A DNA stretch of 64,000 nt from Candidatus Mediterraneibacter merdipullorum (GCA_019117125.1 DXAL01000055.1:6104-70103), one strand, 5' to 3'. Shown: positions 8,605 through 18,608, counted from the first letter of the stretch. Translations and numbers: made by a program. The notes: generated by a model not told the origin, from the sequence alone.

Positions 8605-10227
8605 ATGATTACGATTAGCGGTAAAAGTGTATTTGGCGGTGTCGCCATTGGAAAACTTTTATTTTATCAGAGAAATGATAAAGTAATCAAGAGAGTACAC
8701 GTCGATGATGTGGACGCGGAATGGGCAAGGTTCCAGGAAGCGAAGGATACGGCGGTGTCTCAGCTGAAAGGACTGTATGAAAAAGCGCTGGAAGATGTCG
8801 GCGAGGCAAATGCCATGATATTCGAGATTCATCAGATGATGCTCGAAGACCTTGATTATCTTGAATCCATTGAAAATATCATCCGCACGCAGGAGGTGAA
8901 CGCAGAGTTTGCCGTTGCGACTACGGCGGATAACTTTGCTGCGATGTTCGCGGCGATGGACGATGCATACATGCAGGGGCGCGCTGCAGACGTAAAGGAC
9001 GTATCGGAGCGCGTGCTCGGCATCCTCTGCGGCGTGGACAGCGGGTTTAAGGAGATGACGGAGCCCTGCATCATCGCTGCGGACGACCTTGCGCCCAGCG
9101 AGACGGTGCAGCTTGACAAGAGCAAAGTGCTCGGATTTGCCACGATGTACGGTTCTTCCAATTCACATACAGCCATCCTGGCGCGTACGATGAACATACC
9201 TGCCGTTATCGGACTGGGAGAAGACCTCCTTGCCGAATACAGCGGGAGAGACGCGGTTATAGACGGCTTTACCGGCACGCTCTACATCGACCCGGATGAA
9301 GAGACGCTGAAAGTGATGCAGGAAAAGCGCGCGAAAGACCTGGAGCAGAAAGCGCTTCTGGAACAGCTCAAGGGCAAAGAAAATGTGACGAAGAGCGGAC
9401 AGAAGATTAATGTATACGCCAATATCGGCAATGTATCCGATCTGGGCGCTGTTCTCAAGAACGATGCCGGCGGCATCGGACTTTTCCGGAGTGAGTTCCT
9501 CTATCTCGAGAATACGGACTTTCCGACGGAAGAGCAGCAGTTTGCCGTATACAAACAGGTGGCAGAGAGCATGGCAGGAAAGAAGGTCATCATCCGCACC
9601 CTGGACATCGGAGCCGATAAGCAGGTGGATTACTTCGGACTGGACAAAGAGGATAATCCGGCTCTCGGCTACCGCGCGATCCGCATCTGCCTGACAAGAC
9701 CGGAGATATTCAAGACCCAGCTCCGTGCGCTCTACCGCGCGGCTGTATATGGCAATATCTCTATCATGTTCCCGATGATTATTTCTGTAAAAGAAGTAAA
9801 GAAGATAAAGGAAATCATCGCAGAGGTCAAGGAAGAGCTGAAACAGGAAGGGATTCCCTACAAAGAGGATGTGGAGCTCGGCATCATGATTGAGACTCCC
9901 GCATCTGTGATGGTCAGCCGTGAGCTGGCGAAGGAAGTGGATTTCTTCAGCGTCGGCACGAACGACCTGACACAGTATACGCTGGCGATAGACCGTCAGA
10001 ATTCCAAGCTGGACGAGTTCTACGATCCGCATCACCCGGCCGTTCTTTCCATGATACGCATGGCGGCTGAGAGCGCGCACGCAGAGGGCGCATGGATCGG
10101 CATCTGCGGCGAGCTCGGAGCGGACCTGGAGCTGACGGAAGAGTTCCTGAAGATGGGGCTGGACGAGCTGTCCGTATCTCCGTCCATGGTCCTTCCGCTG
10201 AGGAAACGCATCCGAGAGTGCGAGTAG
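8605..10227 (+). CDS. ptsI: PEP-protein phosphotransferase (PTS Enzyme I)
   Basis: GGSNSHTAILAR (phospho-His), GLFRSEFLY, RTLDIGADK, SVGTNDLTQY. 540 aa. Confidence 0.95.
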   Translation: MITISGKSVFGGVAIGKLLFYQRNDKVIKRVHVDDVDAEWARFQEAKDTAVSQLKGLYEKALEDVGEANAMIFEIHQMMLEDLDYLESIENIIRTQEVNAEFAVATTADNFAAMFAAMDDAYMQGRAADVKDVSERVLGILCGVDSGFKEMTEPCIIAADDLAPSETVQLDKSKVLGFATMYGSSNSHTAILARTMNIPAVIGLGEDLLAEYSGRDAVIDGFTGTLYIDPDEETLKVMQEKRAKDLEQKALLEQLKGKENVTKSGQKINVYANIGNVSDLGAVLKNDAGGIGLFRSEFLYLENTDFPTEEQQFAVYKQVAESMAGKKVIIRTLDIGADKQVDYFGLDKEDNPALGYRAIRICLTRPEIFKTQLRALYRAAVYGNISIMFPMIISVKEVKKIKEIIAEVKEELKQEGIPYKEDVELGIMIETPASVMVSRELAKEVDFFSVGTNDLTQYTLAIDRQNSKLDEFYDPHHPAVLSMIRMAAESAHAEGAWIGICGELGADLELTEEFLKMGLDELSVSPSMVLPLRKRIRECE

Positions 10228-10260
10228 GCGGCAGAAGAGAGAAAACAGACGTACAGAATC

Positions 10261-10297
10261 AGGCATCCCGGGAGAGTGTTCTCCGGGGTGCCTTTTT
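10261..10297 (+). terminator. Rho-independent terminator after ptsI
   Basis: AGGCATCCCGGGAGA-GTGT-TCTCCGGGGTGCCT followed by TTTTT. Confidence 0.8.
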
Positions 10298-10397
10298 ATC
10301 TGTTGCCTGTTGTGAAAAATGAAAAATGAGATTATGATAGATACATCATCACAAGGTCAGATGAAATCTATGCAAGGGAAAAGGCGGCAGCACAGAA

Positions 10398-12761
10398 GTG
10401 GATAACGAAGAAATCAGGACGGTGCGCGTCTCGGTCAGGAACCTGGTCGAGTTCATACTCCGGAGCGGGGACATCGACAGCCGGCGGGCAGGCGGACCGG
10501 ACCGGGAAGCGATGCTCATGGGCGGGCGTCTCCACAGAAAGATACAGAGGAGCATGGGCTCGGATTATCATGCGGAAGTCAGTCTGAAGACGGTGGTCTC
10601 CTGCGGGGATTTTCAGATACTGGTGGAGGGGCGCGCAGACGGCATCATCATCCGGGAGACAGACGGAGCACCGGATGTGACAGTAGATGAGATAAAGGGT
10701 GTGCTCCGGGACCTGGAGCAGATCAAAGCTCCGGTCCCGGTGCATCTTGCCCAGGCAAAATGCTATGCATATATGTACTGCGCTCAGGCAGGGCTGGAGC
10801 GCGCCAGCGTGCAGATGACATACTGCAACCTGGATACAGAGGAAATCCGGCGGTTTCAGGAGAACTATTCCAGGGAGGAACTGGAGGACTGGTTCGCCGG
10901 TCTGGTCCGGGAATATGAAAAATGGGCCAGATTCCAGATAAGGTGGGAGGAAGAGCGGAATGCCTCCATCAAAGGCGTGGAATTCCCCTTCCCGTACCGG
11001 CCGGGGCAGAAAGAGATTGCCGCGGCGGTTTACCGGACGATACTCCGGAAGAAGAAGCTGTTCCTGCAGGCTCCCACCGGCGTGGGAAAGACCATATCCA
11101 CGGTGTTCCCGGCGGTGAAGGCAGTGGGCGAGGGGCTGGCGGAGCGGATTTTCTACCTGACGGCGAAGACCATCACCCGGACCGCGGCAGAGCAGGCGTT
11201 TACAGTACTGAAAGAACAGGGGCTGAAGATGAAAGTCGTCACCCTCACCGCAAAGGAGAAGATATGCTTCTGCGACGAGACGTCCTGCAATCCGGATTCC
11301 TGCCCCTATGCGAAAGGACATTTTGACCGGGTCAATGACGCGGTCTATGATATCCTCACGTCAGACGGAACCGGGGAGCTGGACCGGAGCGCCATTGAGC
11401 GGCAGGCGGAGAAATTCCGCGTATGCCCCTTTGAACTGTCCCTGGATATTTCTTCCTGGGCGGACGCCGTCATCTGCGATTACAACTATGTGTTCGACCC
11501 GAACGCACATCTGAAGCGCTTTTTCTCGGAGGGCGGGAGCGCGGACAACATCTTTCTGGTCGACGAAGCCCACAATCTGGCGGACCGGGGAAGGGAGATG
11601 TACAGCGCCGCGCTGTGCAAGGAAGACTTCCTCGGACTGAAGAAGAAAGTCGGGACCCATAAGGCGCTCGTAAAACGGCTGGATGGGGTGAACAGGATGT
11701 TCCTGGGCGAAAAACGGGAATGTGAGACGTACCGCGTCCTGGACAGCGTATCCCACATCGTACTGAAGCTGATGAACCTCCTCACGGAGATGGAAAAGTA
11801 CCTGGAGGAACCGGCGGATGAGACGGTCCGGGAAGCGGTTCTGGAACTGTATTTCCAGGTGCGCTCCTTCGTGTCCGTCTATGAGGAGCTGGATGAGAAT
11901 TACGTCATCTATGCCGAGCTGGAAGGGGACGGGCGGTTCTGGATCAGGCTCCTGTGCGTCAATCCGGCGAAAAAGCTGCAGGATTATCTGGAATACGGCA
12001 CCGGGACGGTGTTCTTTTCGGCGACCCTGCTCCCGGTCCATTATTATAAGCGCCTGCTTTCCACTGCGGAGGACGACTATGCGGTCTATGCCCAGTCCCC
12101 CTTTCCCGCCGGGAACAGGCTGGTGCTCCGGGGAAAGAACGTGAGCACGCGCTATACTTTGAGAGACCGGGAGATGTACCGGAAATTTGCGGAGTATATC
12201 CGCGAGATGACAGGAAGCAGAAAGGGGAACTACATGGTCTTTTTCCCGTCCTACCGGCTGATGGAGGACGTGGCGGACTGTTTCCTTCCCATGAAGGGGG
12301 ACGCCAGGGTGCTCTTTCAGTCCCAGAATATGGGGGAACAGGAGCGGGAGGAGTTTCTCGGAGAATTCCGGAAAGACCGGGAAGAAAGCCTCATCGGCTT
12401 CTGTGTGATGGGCGGCATCTTTTCCGAGGGAATCGACCTGACCGATGACCGGCTCATCGGCGCGGCAATCATCGGAACCGGACTGCCCCAGGTGTGCACA
12501 GAGCGGGAACTCATCAAAGGATATTTTGACGCGCAGGATATGCGGGGATTCGACTACGCCTACCTGTATCCGGGCATGAACAAAGTCCTCCAGGCAGCCG
12601 GGCGGGTGATACGCACCGAGACAGACCGGGGAGTGATACTCCTTCTGGATGACCGGTTTTCCCGGAGACAGTACATGGAGATATTTCCAAGGGAGTGGGG
12701 GGAATGTCAGAGCTGCAGCCTGTCCTCCCTGGGGGATCAGCTTTCTTCGTTCTGGAAGTAG
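10398..12761 (+). CDS. PD-(D/E)XK nuclease domain fused to an XPD/DinG-family (DEAH, Fe-S) DNA helicase
   Basis: N-terminus has EGRADGI ... VDEIKG ... QAKCYAYMY (D / ExK / QxxxY nuclease motifs). Then Walker A APTGVGKT, a Cys cluster CFCDETSCNPDSCPYAKG..VCPF, DEAH box VDEAHNL, and the C-terminal helicase motif QAAGRVIR. GTG start. Confidence 0.8.
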   Translation: MDNEEIRTVRVSVRNLVEFILRSGDIDSRRAGGPDREAMLMGGRLHRKIQRSMGSDYHAEVSLKTVVSCGDFQILVEGRADGIIIRETDGAPDVTVDEIKGVLRDLEQIKAPVPVHLAQAKCYAYMYCAQAGLERASVQMTYCNLDTEEIRRFQENYSREELEDWFAGLVREYEKWARFQIRWEEERNASIKGVEFPFPYRPGQKEIAAAVYRTILRKKKLFLQAPTGVGKTISTVFPAVKAVGEGLAERIFYLTAKTITRTAAEQAFTVLKEQGLKMKVVTLTAKEKICFCDETSCNPDSCPYAKGHFDRVNDAVYDILTSDGTGELDRSAIERQAEKFRVCPFELSLDISSWADAVICDYNYVFDPNAHLKRFFSEGGSADNIFLVDEAHNLADRGREMYSAALCKEDFLGLKKKVGTHKALVKRLDGVNRMFLGEKRECETYRVLDSVSHIVLKLMNLLTEMEKYLEEPADETVREAVLELYFQVRSFVSVYEELDENYVIYAELEGDGRFWIRLLCVNPAKKLQDYLEYGTGTVFFSATLLPVHYYKRLLSTAEDDYAVYAQSPFPAGNRLVLRGKNVSTRYTLRDREMYRKFAEYIREMTGSRKGNYMVFFPSYRLMEDVADCFLPMKGDARVLFQSQNMGEQEREEFLGEFRKDREESLIGFCVMGGIFSEGIDLTDDRLIGAAIIGTGLPQVCTERELIKGYFDAQDMRGFDYAYLYPGMNKVLQAAGRVIRTETDRGVILLLDDRFSRRQYMEIFPREWGECQSCSLSSLGDQLSSFWK

Positions 12762-13627
12762 CTCAGAAATTCCGCCGAGGCGCGGGAGAGGGGCAGGCGC
12801 TCGTTCCATGCCACTGCCAGCTCCCTGCGGGGGAGTTTCTCTTCGGTATCCAGGACGAACAGTCCGTCTCCCAGACTGCTCAGACAGTAGTCCGGGACGA
12901 AAGCGATGCCCAGACCGATGCGGGCAAGGTCGATGAGCAGGTCATTGCTTGTCAGCTCGATCTCCGGGACAAGGTCCAGATGGTGCTGCTGGAAGACCTG
13001 ATGGAGAAATTCGTTTGTCGTACTGTTCTTGTCCAGCATCAGGATGGGATACCGGGTGAGCCGGGCAAAAGAGACGGTCTGCCCTTTCAGGCTTTCAAAG
13101 GGCGCGCCGGCGACAAAGACGTCGCGGAACTTCCGTATCTTCCGGACGGCGGCGTCTGTCCCCAGGCTGTTGTTCGGGACATTTACGACGATGAGGTCCA
13201 CAAGCCCGTTTGCAAGGAGCTCCGCACATTTCATGGACGTCTGGTTGATGACCTTGATATGGGCGCCGGGGAAGGCTTTGTGGAACCGCTCCAGATAGGG
13301 GATGAGGAAATACCGGCAGATGGTGTCGCTCGCCCCGATGCGTATCTGTCCTCCGGTAGAGGCGGCGTCGATGAGCTGCGCCTCCCCGCGCTGGATGAGG
13401 TTCATGGCGGGTTCGATATGGCGCATGAGTATCTCCCCCTCCGGTGTGAGACGGACCTTCTTCGTGCTCCGGATAAAGAGCGTCTGGTCCAGCTTGCGCT
13501 CCAGCGTCTTGATGGACTGGCTGACAGCGGACTGGGAGATAAAGAGCTGCTTGGAAGCCTCGGAAAAATTCAGTGTGGAAGCGACATGATAAAATACTTT
13601 GTATAACTCATAGTTGATATCAATCAT
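12737..13627 (-). CDS. LysR-family transcriptional regulator
   Basis: N-terminal wHTH (YKVFYHVASTLNFSEASKQLFISQSAVSQSIKTLE) plus a LysR substrate-binding fold. 3' end overlaps the helicase by 25 nt (convergent). Confidence 0.9.
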   Translation of the reverse strand: MIDINYELYKVFYHVASTLNFSEASKQLFISQSAVSQSIKTLERKLDQTLFIRSTKKVRLTPEGEILMRHIEPAMNLIQRGEAQLIDAASTGGQIRIGASDTICRYFLIPYLERFHKAFPGAHIKVINQTSMKCAELLANGLVDLIVVNVPNNSLGTDAAVRKIRKFRDVFVAGAPFESLKGQTVSFARLTRYPILMLDKNSTTNEFLHQVFQQHHLDLVPEIELTSNDLLIDLARIGLGIAFVPDYCLSSLGDGLFVLDTEEKLPRRELAVAWNERLPLSRASAEFLSYFQNEES

Positions 13628-13640
13628 TATAAGACCCCCT

Positions 13641-13659
13641 AATAAATCCTGAGTTTATT
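13641..13659. promoter_or_regulatory. Dyad AATAAA-N7-TTTATT in the lysR / 13711 divergent intergenic region
   Basis: Perfect 6-bp arms seen directly. Position is typical for an LTTR operator. Confidence 0.3.
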
Positions 13660-13710
13660 ATAAGCTATCGGGAAAGAAAATACAATCATACTTAGAAAGG
13701 ATGAAGCCAG

Positions 13711-14409
13711 GTGGAGAAAATGAAAAAACGACATGCTGTGTTCGGGCTGCTCTTCGGATTTTCCGTTATCGCAGCCGTATTCTTTACGAGCTTTGAGGCG
13801 GCGATGTACGCGGATTTCGGCGTCTATGAGCGGGAATATGAAAAATACGACGTCCTGTCGGAACTGGATATGACGATGGAAGACGCGATGTACGTCACCC
13901 ATGAGATGATGGACTATCTGCGGGGAGACCGGGATACCCTTTCCGTCGTGACGACTGTGGAGGGAAAGGAACAGGATTTCTTCAATGAGCAGGACCGGTT
14001 CCACATGGGGGAAGTGCGGGAACTCTTCCTCGGCGGACTGAACATCCGCATGGGCGCATGCCTTGCCGCTGCCCTGTGCATCATGATGCTTTACGCCTCC
14101 GGGGCGGACATGAAGAAAGTCATCCCCTTCTGCTATCGGATATGCCTGGGTGTCACAGCCGCGGCTCTGGCGCTTTTCGGCGCGGCGTGCATGGCGGATT
14201 TTAACGCCGTGTTCGTAGAGTTCCACCATCTCTTTTTTGACAATGACCTGTGGCTTTTCGACCCGGCGGAAGACTATATGATACGGATGCTGCCGGAGGG
14301 GCTGTTCTCGGACATGGTCGTCCGCATCGGCGTTCTCTTCGCCGGCGCCCTGCTGGCGCTTCTGATATGCAGTCTGATACCGAAGATGACAGCGGGGAAA
14401 AGAAATTAG
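13711..14409 (+). CDS. TIGR01906-like integral membrane protein
   Basis: N-terminal TM segment, then ..YVTHEMMDYLRG......FF.E.DRFHM.EVR.LF and three or four C-terminal TM segments. Family assignment is from memory. Start is GTG 13711 or ATG 13720. Confidence 0.6.
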   Translation: MEKMKKRHAVFGLLFGFSVIAAVFFTSFEAAMYADFGVYEREYEKYDVLSELDMTMEDAMYVTHEMMDYLRGDRDTLSVVTTVEGKEQDFFNEQDRFHMGEVRELFLGGLNIRMGACLAAALCIMMLYASGADMKKVIPFCYRICLGVTAAALALFGAACMADFNAVFVEFHHLFFDNDLWLFDPAEDYMIRMLPEGLFSDMVVRIGVLFAGALLALLICSLIPKMTAGKRN

Positions 14410-14530
14410 TATGACTTATAACTGAGTTTCAATATAATTAATTGTACTAATGAAGAGAAGTGTGTTACGATACAGACAGGCAGAAGACGGTGTGCTTCAG
14501 GCACGGATATTCAGGCAAAGGAGAGTTGAA

Positions 14531-17500
14531 ATGAGCAGTGTAAAACGTGTATTTGTAGAAAAGAAACCGGATTTCGCCGTGGAGGCAAAGCAGCTCCGCC
14601 ATGAGATACGGCGTTATCTCGGCATCATGGATGTGACGGGCGTGCGCGTCCTGATACGCTATGACGTGGAAAATGTCTCGGACGGGACATTTGAGAAAGC
14701 ATGCAGCGGCGTGTTTGCGGAACCGCCTGTGGACATCCTCTACCGGGAGAACTACCCGATGTCAGAAGGGGACAGAAGCTTCTCGGTGGAATATCTTCCG
14801 GGGCAGTTCGACCAGCGTGCTGACTCCGCTGAGCAGTGCATCCGCTTTATCCGTGAGGACGAAGCTCCGGTTATCCGGACGGCGACGACTTATATCATCG
14901 AAGGGAACATTTCCGACGGGGAACTGGAAGCCATCAAAGCGCACTGCATCAACCCGGTGGATTCCCGGGAGGCTTCGGAAGAGAAGCCGGACACCCTTGT
15001 GACGGTATTTGAGGACCCGGCGGATATCGCCGTGTTCGACGGATTCAAAAATATGGAAGAGGCGGAACTGAAACGCCTGTATGATTCCCTGGGGCTTGCA
15101 ATGACTTTCCAGGATTTCCGCCACATCCAGAAGTACTTCCGGAATGAGGAGGACAGGGACCCGTCGGTGACGGAAATCCGTGTGCTCGATACGTACTGGT
15201 CGGACCACTGCCGTCATACGACGTTCTCCACCGAGCTGAAGGACGTAAAATTTGATGACGGGGACTACAGGGAGCCTATCGAGGGGACATACCGGGAATA
15301 TCTGAAAGACCACGGTGAGATATTCGCGGGAAGAGAAGATAAATTTGTCTGCCTGATGGACCTGGCGCTGATGGCGATGCGCAGGCTGAAACGGGAAGGA
15401 AAGTTAAAGGACCAGGAAGAGTCGGATGAAATCAATGCGTGCAGCATTGTCGTTCCCATTAAAGTGGACGGGAAAGAAGAGGAATGGCTCATCAACTTCA
15501 AGAATGAGACCCACAACCACCCGACGGAGATCGAGCCCTTCGGAGGAGCCGCAACCTGTCTTGGCGGCGCCATCCGCGACCCGCTCTCCGGAAGGACTTA
15601 CGTCTATCAGGCAATGCGCGTGACCGGGGCGGCGGACCCGACGGTATCGGTGAAAGAGACGCTCAAAGGAAAGCTTCCCCAGAAGAAGCTGGTGCGCGAG
15701 GCTGCCCACGGATACAGCTCCTACGGAAACCAGATTGGTCTTGCCACCGGGCTCGTCAAAGAAATCTATCACCCGGATTATGTGGCAAAGCGCATGGAGA
15801 TTGGCGCTGTCCTGGGTGCTGCGCCGAGACGTGCGGTCATCCGCGAGAATTCCGACCCCGGTGATATTATCATCCTCCTGGGCGGAAGGACCGGGCGCGA
15901 CGGCTGCGGCGGAGCCACCGGCTCCTCCAAAGTGCACACGGTAGAATCCATCGAGACATGCGGTGCGGAAGTCCAGAAGGGAAATCCGCCGACAGAACGC
16001 AAGATACAGAGACTGTTCCGCAGGGAAGAGGTGAGCTGTCTCATCAAGAAGTGCAACGACTTCGGAGCAGGCGGCGTATCGGTGGCAATCGGGGAACTGG
16101 CAGACGGACTGCGCGTAGAGCTGGATAAAGTCCCGAAAAAATATGCAGGTCTGGATGGAACGGAAATCGCCATCTCCGAGTCCCAGGAGAGGATGGCGGT
16201 GGTCGTGGACCCGAAAGATGCAGACCGGTTCATGGCATATGCGAAAGAGGAAAACCTGGAAGCCACAAAAGTGGCGGTTGTGACAGAAGAGCCCAGGCTG
16301 GTGCTCATCTGGAGAGGAAAGGAAATCGTCAATCTCTCCCGCGCCTTCCTGGATACCAACGGCGCACATCAGGAAACTGCTGTGGAAGTCGAGATGCCGG
16401 AGCGCGGCGGCAGCCTGTTCGTGCGAAAAGAAGTGGGTGATGTCAGACAGGCATGGCTGGATACCCTGAGTGACTTGAATGTCTGCTCCCAGAAGGGGCT
16501 CGTGGAGATGTTCGACGGCTCCATCGGCGCCGGCTCTGTATTCATGCCCCACGGCGGGAAATATCAGCTGACGGAGACCCAGGCGATGGTGGCGAAGGTG
16601 CCGGTCCAGACCGGAAAGACGGACAGCGTCTCCATGATGAGTTACGGATTCGACCCCTATCTGTCGAGCTGGAGCCCGTATCACGGAGCAGTCTATGCCA
16701 TCGTGGAATCTGTGGCAAAGATTGTGGCAGCAGGCGGAGACTATACAAAGATACGGTTTACCTTCCAGGAGTATTTCCGCCGCATGACCGAAGACCCGAA
16801 ACGGTGGAGCCAGCCTTTCGCGGCGCTGCTCGGAGCCTACGCGGCTCAGATTGGCTTCGGTCTGCCGTCCATCGGAGGAAAAGACAGTATGTCCGGCACC
16901 TTCCAGGATATCGATGTGCCGCCCACGCTGGTGTCCTTTGCGGTGGATATGGCGCTGGACAGAGACATCATCACGCCGGAGCTCAAGAAAGCAGGCAATA
17001 AACTGGTCTGGATACGCATCGAGCGGGACGGATACGACCTGCCGGTCTACAGCCAGGTCATGGAGCAGTATGGCAAACTCACGGAAGATATCCGGGCCGG
17101 GCGCGTGGTATCCGCTTATGCGCTGGACCGCCACGGCGTCATCGCTGCAGCCAGCAAGATGGCATTCGGCAACAGGAAGGGCGTAAGGCTCCAGCATGAC
17201 ATGGACCCGAGAGACCTGTTTGCGCCTGCATTCGGAGACATTCTTGCAGAGGTGGAAGAAGGTCAGGTGGGAGCGCTTCAGACCAGCTACACCGTAGTCG
17301 GCGAAGTGACAGATAACGATGCGTTTGAATATGGAAATGTCCGCATCAGCATGGACGAGGCGCTCCGGGCATGGACCGGGACGCTGGAGAAGGTCTTCGC
17401 CACAAAGTCGGCGGAGAATTCCGATGCGAAAGTGGAAGAGAATCTTTACCACGCATCCGGCGTCCACATCTGCAGCCACAAGATTGGACAGCCGACCGTA

Positions 17501-18286
17501 TTTATCCCGGTATTCCCGGGCACCAACTGTGAGTACGACAGCCGTCGCGCTTTCGAGCGCGCAGGCGCCCGCGTCGAGACCCGGGTCTTCCGGAATCTGG
17601 ATGCAGAGGATATCCGTTCCTCGGTAGATGAATTTGAAAAAGCCATCGGACAGGCGCAGATGATTATGTTCCCGGGCGGGTTCAGCGCAGGCGATGAGCC
17701 GGACGGCTCTGCCAAGTTCTTTGCGACTGCCTTCCAGAATGCAAAGATAAAAGAAGCGGTGGAGAAGCTCCTGAACGAGCGCGACGGGCTCGCACTGGGC
17801 ATTTGCAACGGGTTTCAGGCGCTCATCAAACTCGGTCTCGTTCCATACGGAAGGATATGCGGGCAGTCCGAAGACTCTCCGACGCTGACTTACAATACCA
17901 TCGGACGCCACATTTCCAAGATGGTTTATACGAAAGTGGTGACGGACAAGTCCCCGTGGCTGCAGGAAGCGCAGCTCGGCGGCGTGTACACCAACCCGGC
18001 ATCCCACGGAGAAGGACGTTTCGTGGCGGATGAGGCATGGCTGAAGAAGCTCTTTGAGAACGGACAGGTGGCAACCCAGTACTGCGACCCGGAAGGGCGC
18101 ATCTCCATGGACGAGGAGTGGAACGTCAACGGCTCCTACTGTGCAGTCGAGGGCATCACCAGTCCGGACGGGCGGGTGCTCGGCAAGATGGCGCACTCCG
18201 AGCGCCGGGACGACTCAGTGGCAGTCAATATCTACGGAGAGCAGGATATGAAGATATTCGAGTCCGGTGTGAAGTATTTCCGCTAG
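14531..18286 (+). CDS. purL: Phosphoribosylformylglycinamidine synthase, single-chain form
   Basis: 1251 aa. ETHNHPTEIEPFGGAATCLGGAIRD, a GNPPTERK-type motif, and a C-terminal GATase with GICNGFQAL and HGEGRF. RBS AAAGGAGAG. The ORF-track start at 14450 has no RBS. Confidence 0.95.
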   Translation: MSSVKRVFVEKKPDFAVEAKQLRHEIRRYLGIMDVTGVRVLIRYDVENVSDGTFEKACSGVFAEPPVDILYRENYPMSEGDRSFSVEYLPGQFDQRADSAEQCIRFIREDEAPVIRTATTYIIEGNISDGELEAIKAHCINPVDSREASEEKPDTLVTVFEDPADIAVFDGFKNMEEAELKRLYDSLGLAMTFQDFRHIQKYFRNEEDRDPSVTEIRVLDTYWSDHCRHTTFSTELKDVKFDDGDYREPIEGTYREYLKDHGEIFAGREDKFVCLMDLALMAMRRLKREGKLKDQEESDEINACSIVVPIKVDGKEEEWLINFKNETHNHPTEIEPFGGAATCLGGAIRDPLSGRTYVYQAMRVTGAADPTVSVKETLKGKLPQKKLVREAAHGYSSYGNQIGLATGLVKEIYHPDYVAKRMEIGAVLGAAPRRAVIRENSDPGDIIILLGGRTGRDGCGGATGSSKVHTVESIETCGAEVQKGNPPTERKIQRLFRREEVSCLIKKCNDFGAGGVSVAIGELADGLRVELDKVPKKYAGLDGTEIAISESQERMAVVVDPKDADRFMAYAKEENLEATKVAVVTEEPRLVLIWRGKEIVNLSRAFLDTNGAHQETAVEVEMPERGGSLFVRKEVGDVRQAWLDTLSDLNVCSQKGLVEMFDGSIGAGSVFMPHGGKYQLTETQAMVAKVPVQTGKTDSVSMMSYGFDPYLSSWSPYHGAVYAIVESVAKIVAAGGDYTKIRFTFQEYFRRMTEDPKRWSQPFAALLGAYAAQIGFGLPSIGGKDSMSGTFQDIDVPPTLVSFAVDMALDRDIITPELKKAGNKLVWIRIERDGYDLPVYSQVMEQYGKLTEDIRAGRVVSAYALDRHGVIAAASKMAFGNRKGVRLQHDMDPRDLFAPAFGDILAEVEEGQVGALQTSYTVVGEVTDNDAFEYGNVRISMDEALRAWTGTLEKVFATKSAENSDAKVEENLYHASGVHICSHKIGQPTVFIPVFPGTNCEYDSRRAFERAGARVETRVFRNLDAEDIRSSVDEFEKAIGQAQMIMFPGGFSAGDEPDGSAKFFATAFQNAKIKEAVEKLLNERDGLALGICNGFQALIKLGLVPYGRICGQSEDSPTLTYNTIGRHISKMVYTKVVTDKSPWLQEAQLGGVYTNPASHGEGRFVADEAWLKKLFENGQVATQYCDPEGRISMDEEWNVNGSYCAVEGITSPDGRVLGKMAHSERRDDSVAVNIYGEQDMKIFESGVKYFR

Positions 18287-18340
18287 AAGATAAGAAGTGA
18301 ACTGCCAGGCTGAACTGTACACAAAAAAATAAAAAAAGAG

Positions 18341-18370
18341 TTGACATTGGTCAGATAATAATAGTATAAT
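18341..18370 (+). promoter_or_regulatory. Near-consensus sigma-A promoter (TTGACA-18-TATAAT) with an A-rich UP-like tract, driving the tRNA pair
   Basis: TTGACA at 18341-18346 and TATAAT at 18365-18370, preceded by AAAAAAATAAAAAAAG. Confidence 0.75.
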
Positions 18371-18414
18371 AGCAAAGCGGGTTGCGGGAGAGAAACCGAA
18401 ACCCGCTGTCATAT

Positions 18415-18487
18415 GGGGTCTTAGCTCAGCTGGGAGAGCATCTGCCTTACAAGCAGAGGGTCATAGGTTCGAGCCCTATAGGCCCCA
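18415..18487 (+). tRNA. tRNA-Val (anticodon TAC)
   Basis: Manual cloverleaf: GGGGTCT/AGGCCCC acceptor, GCTC..GAGC D arm, anticodon loop CTTACAA, TTCGAGC T loop. CCA is not encoded. Confidence 0.9.
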
Positions 18488-18501
18488 TATAAACCGAATA
18501 T

Positions 18502-18575
18502 GGCGGAATAGCTCAGTTGGCTAGAGCACACGGTTCATACCCGTGGTGTCGCTGGTTCAAATCCAGTTTCCGCTA
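18502..18575 (+). tRNA. tRNA-Met (anticodon CAT); elongator type likely, tRNA-Ile2 not excluded
   Basis: GGCGGAA/TTCCGCT acceptor (G1:U72), anticodon stem CACGG/CCGTG, loop TTCATAC, T loop TTCAAAT. Confidence 0.85.
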
Positions 18576-18582
18576 TTGCCTG

Positions 18583-18608
18583 AAAAGCCCGTATTTACGG
18601 GCTTTTTT
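18583..18608 (+). terminator. Rho-independent terminator after the tRNA pair
   Basis: AAAAGCCCGT-ATTT-ACGGGCTTTTTT. Confidence 0.85.

Noticed and set aside
14410-14530. Looked for a purine or ZTP riboswitch or a PurR box upstream of purL, and upstream of purA at 31003-31226.
   Set aside because: I could not recognise the conserved purine-riboswitch junction or the ZTP pfl-motif sequences. No terminator/antiterminator pair is present. Not excluded without Infernal.
15404-18196. A 930-aa ORF antisense to purL. Similar long antisense or out-of-frame ORFs include 4897-6012, 9163-10266, 11361-12809, 23889-25139, 33518-34852, 36409-37881, 41862-42776, 48659-49786, 52123-53970 and 62447-63454.
   Set aside because: Each lies entirely inside a confidently recognised gene on the other strand or in another frame. 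Their translations are Arg/His/Pro-rich low-complexity sequences with no motifs or RBS. Long stop-free antisense frames are expected with this GC-rich codon usage.
18306-18318. CTGAACTGT just after the purL stop, identical to the right terminal repeat of the interspersed element.
   Set aside because: It is only a 9-mer with no adjoining module or hairpin. It cannot be distinguished from chance without the genome-wide element model.
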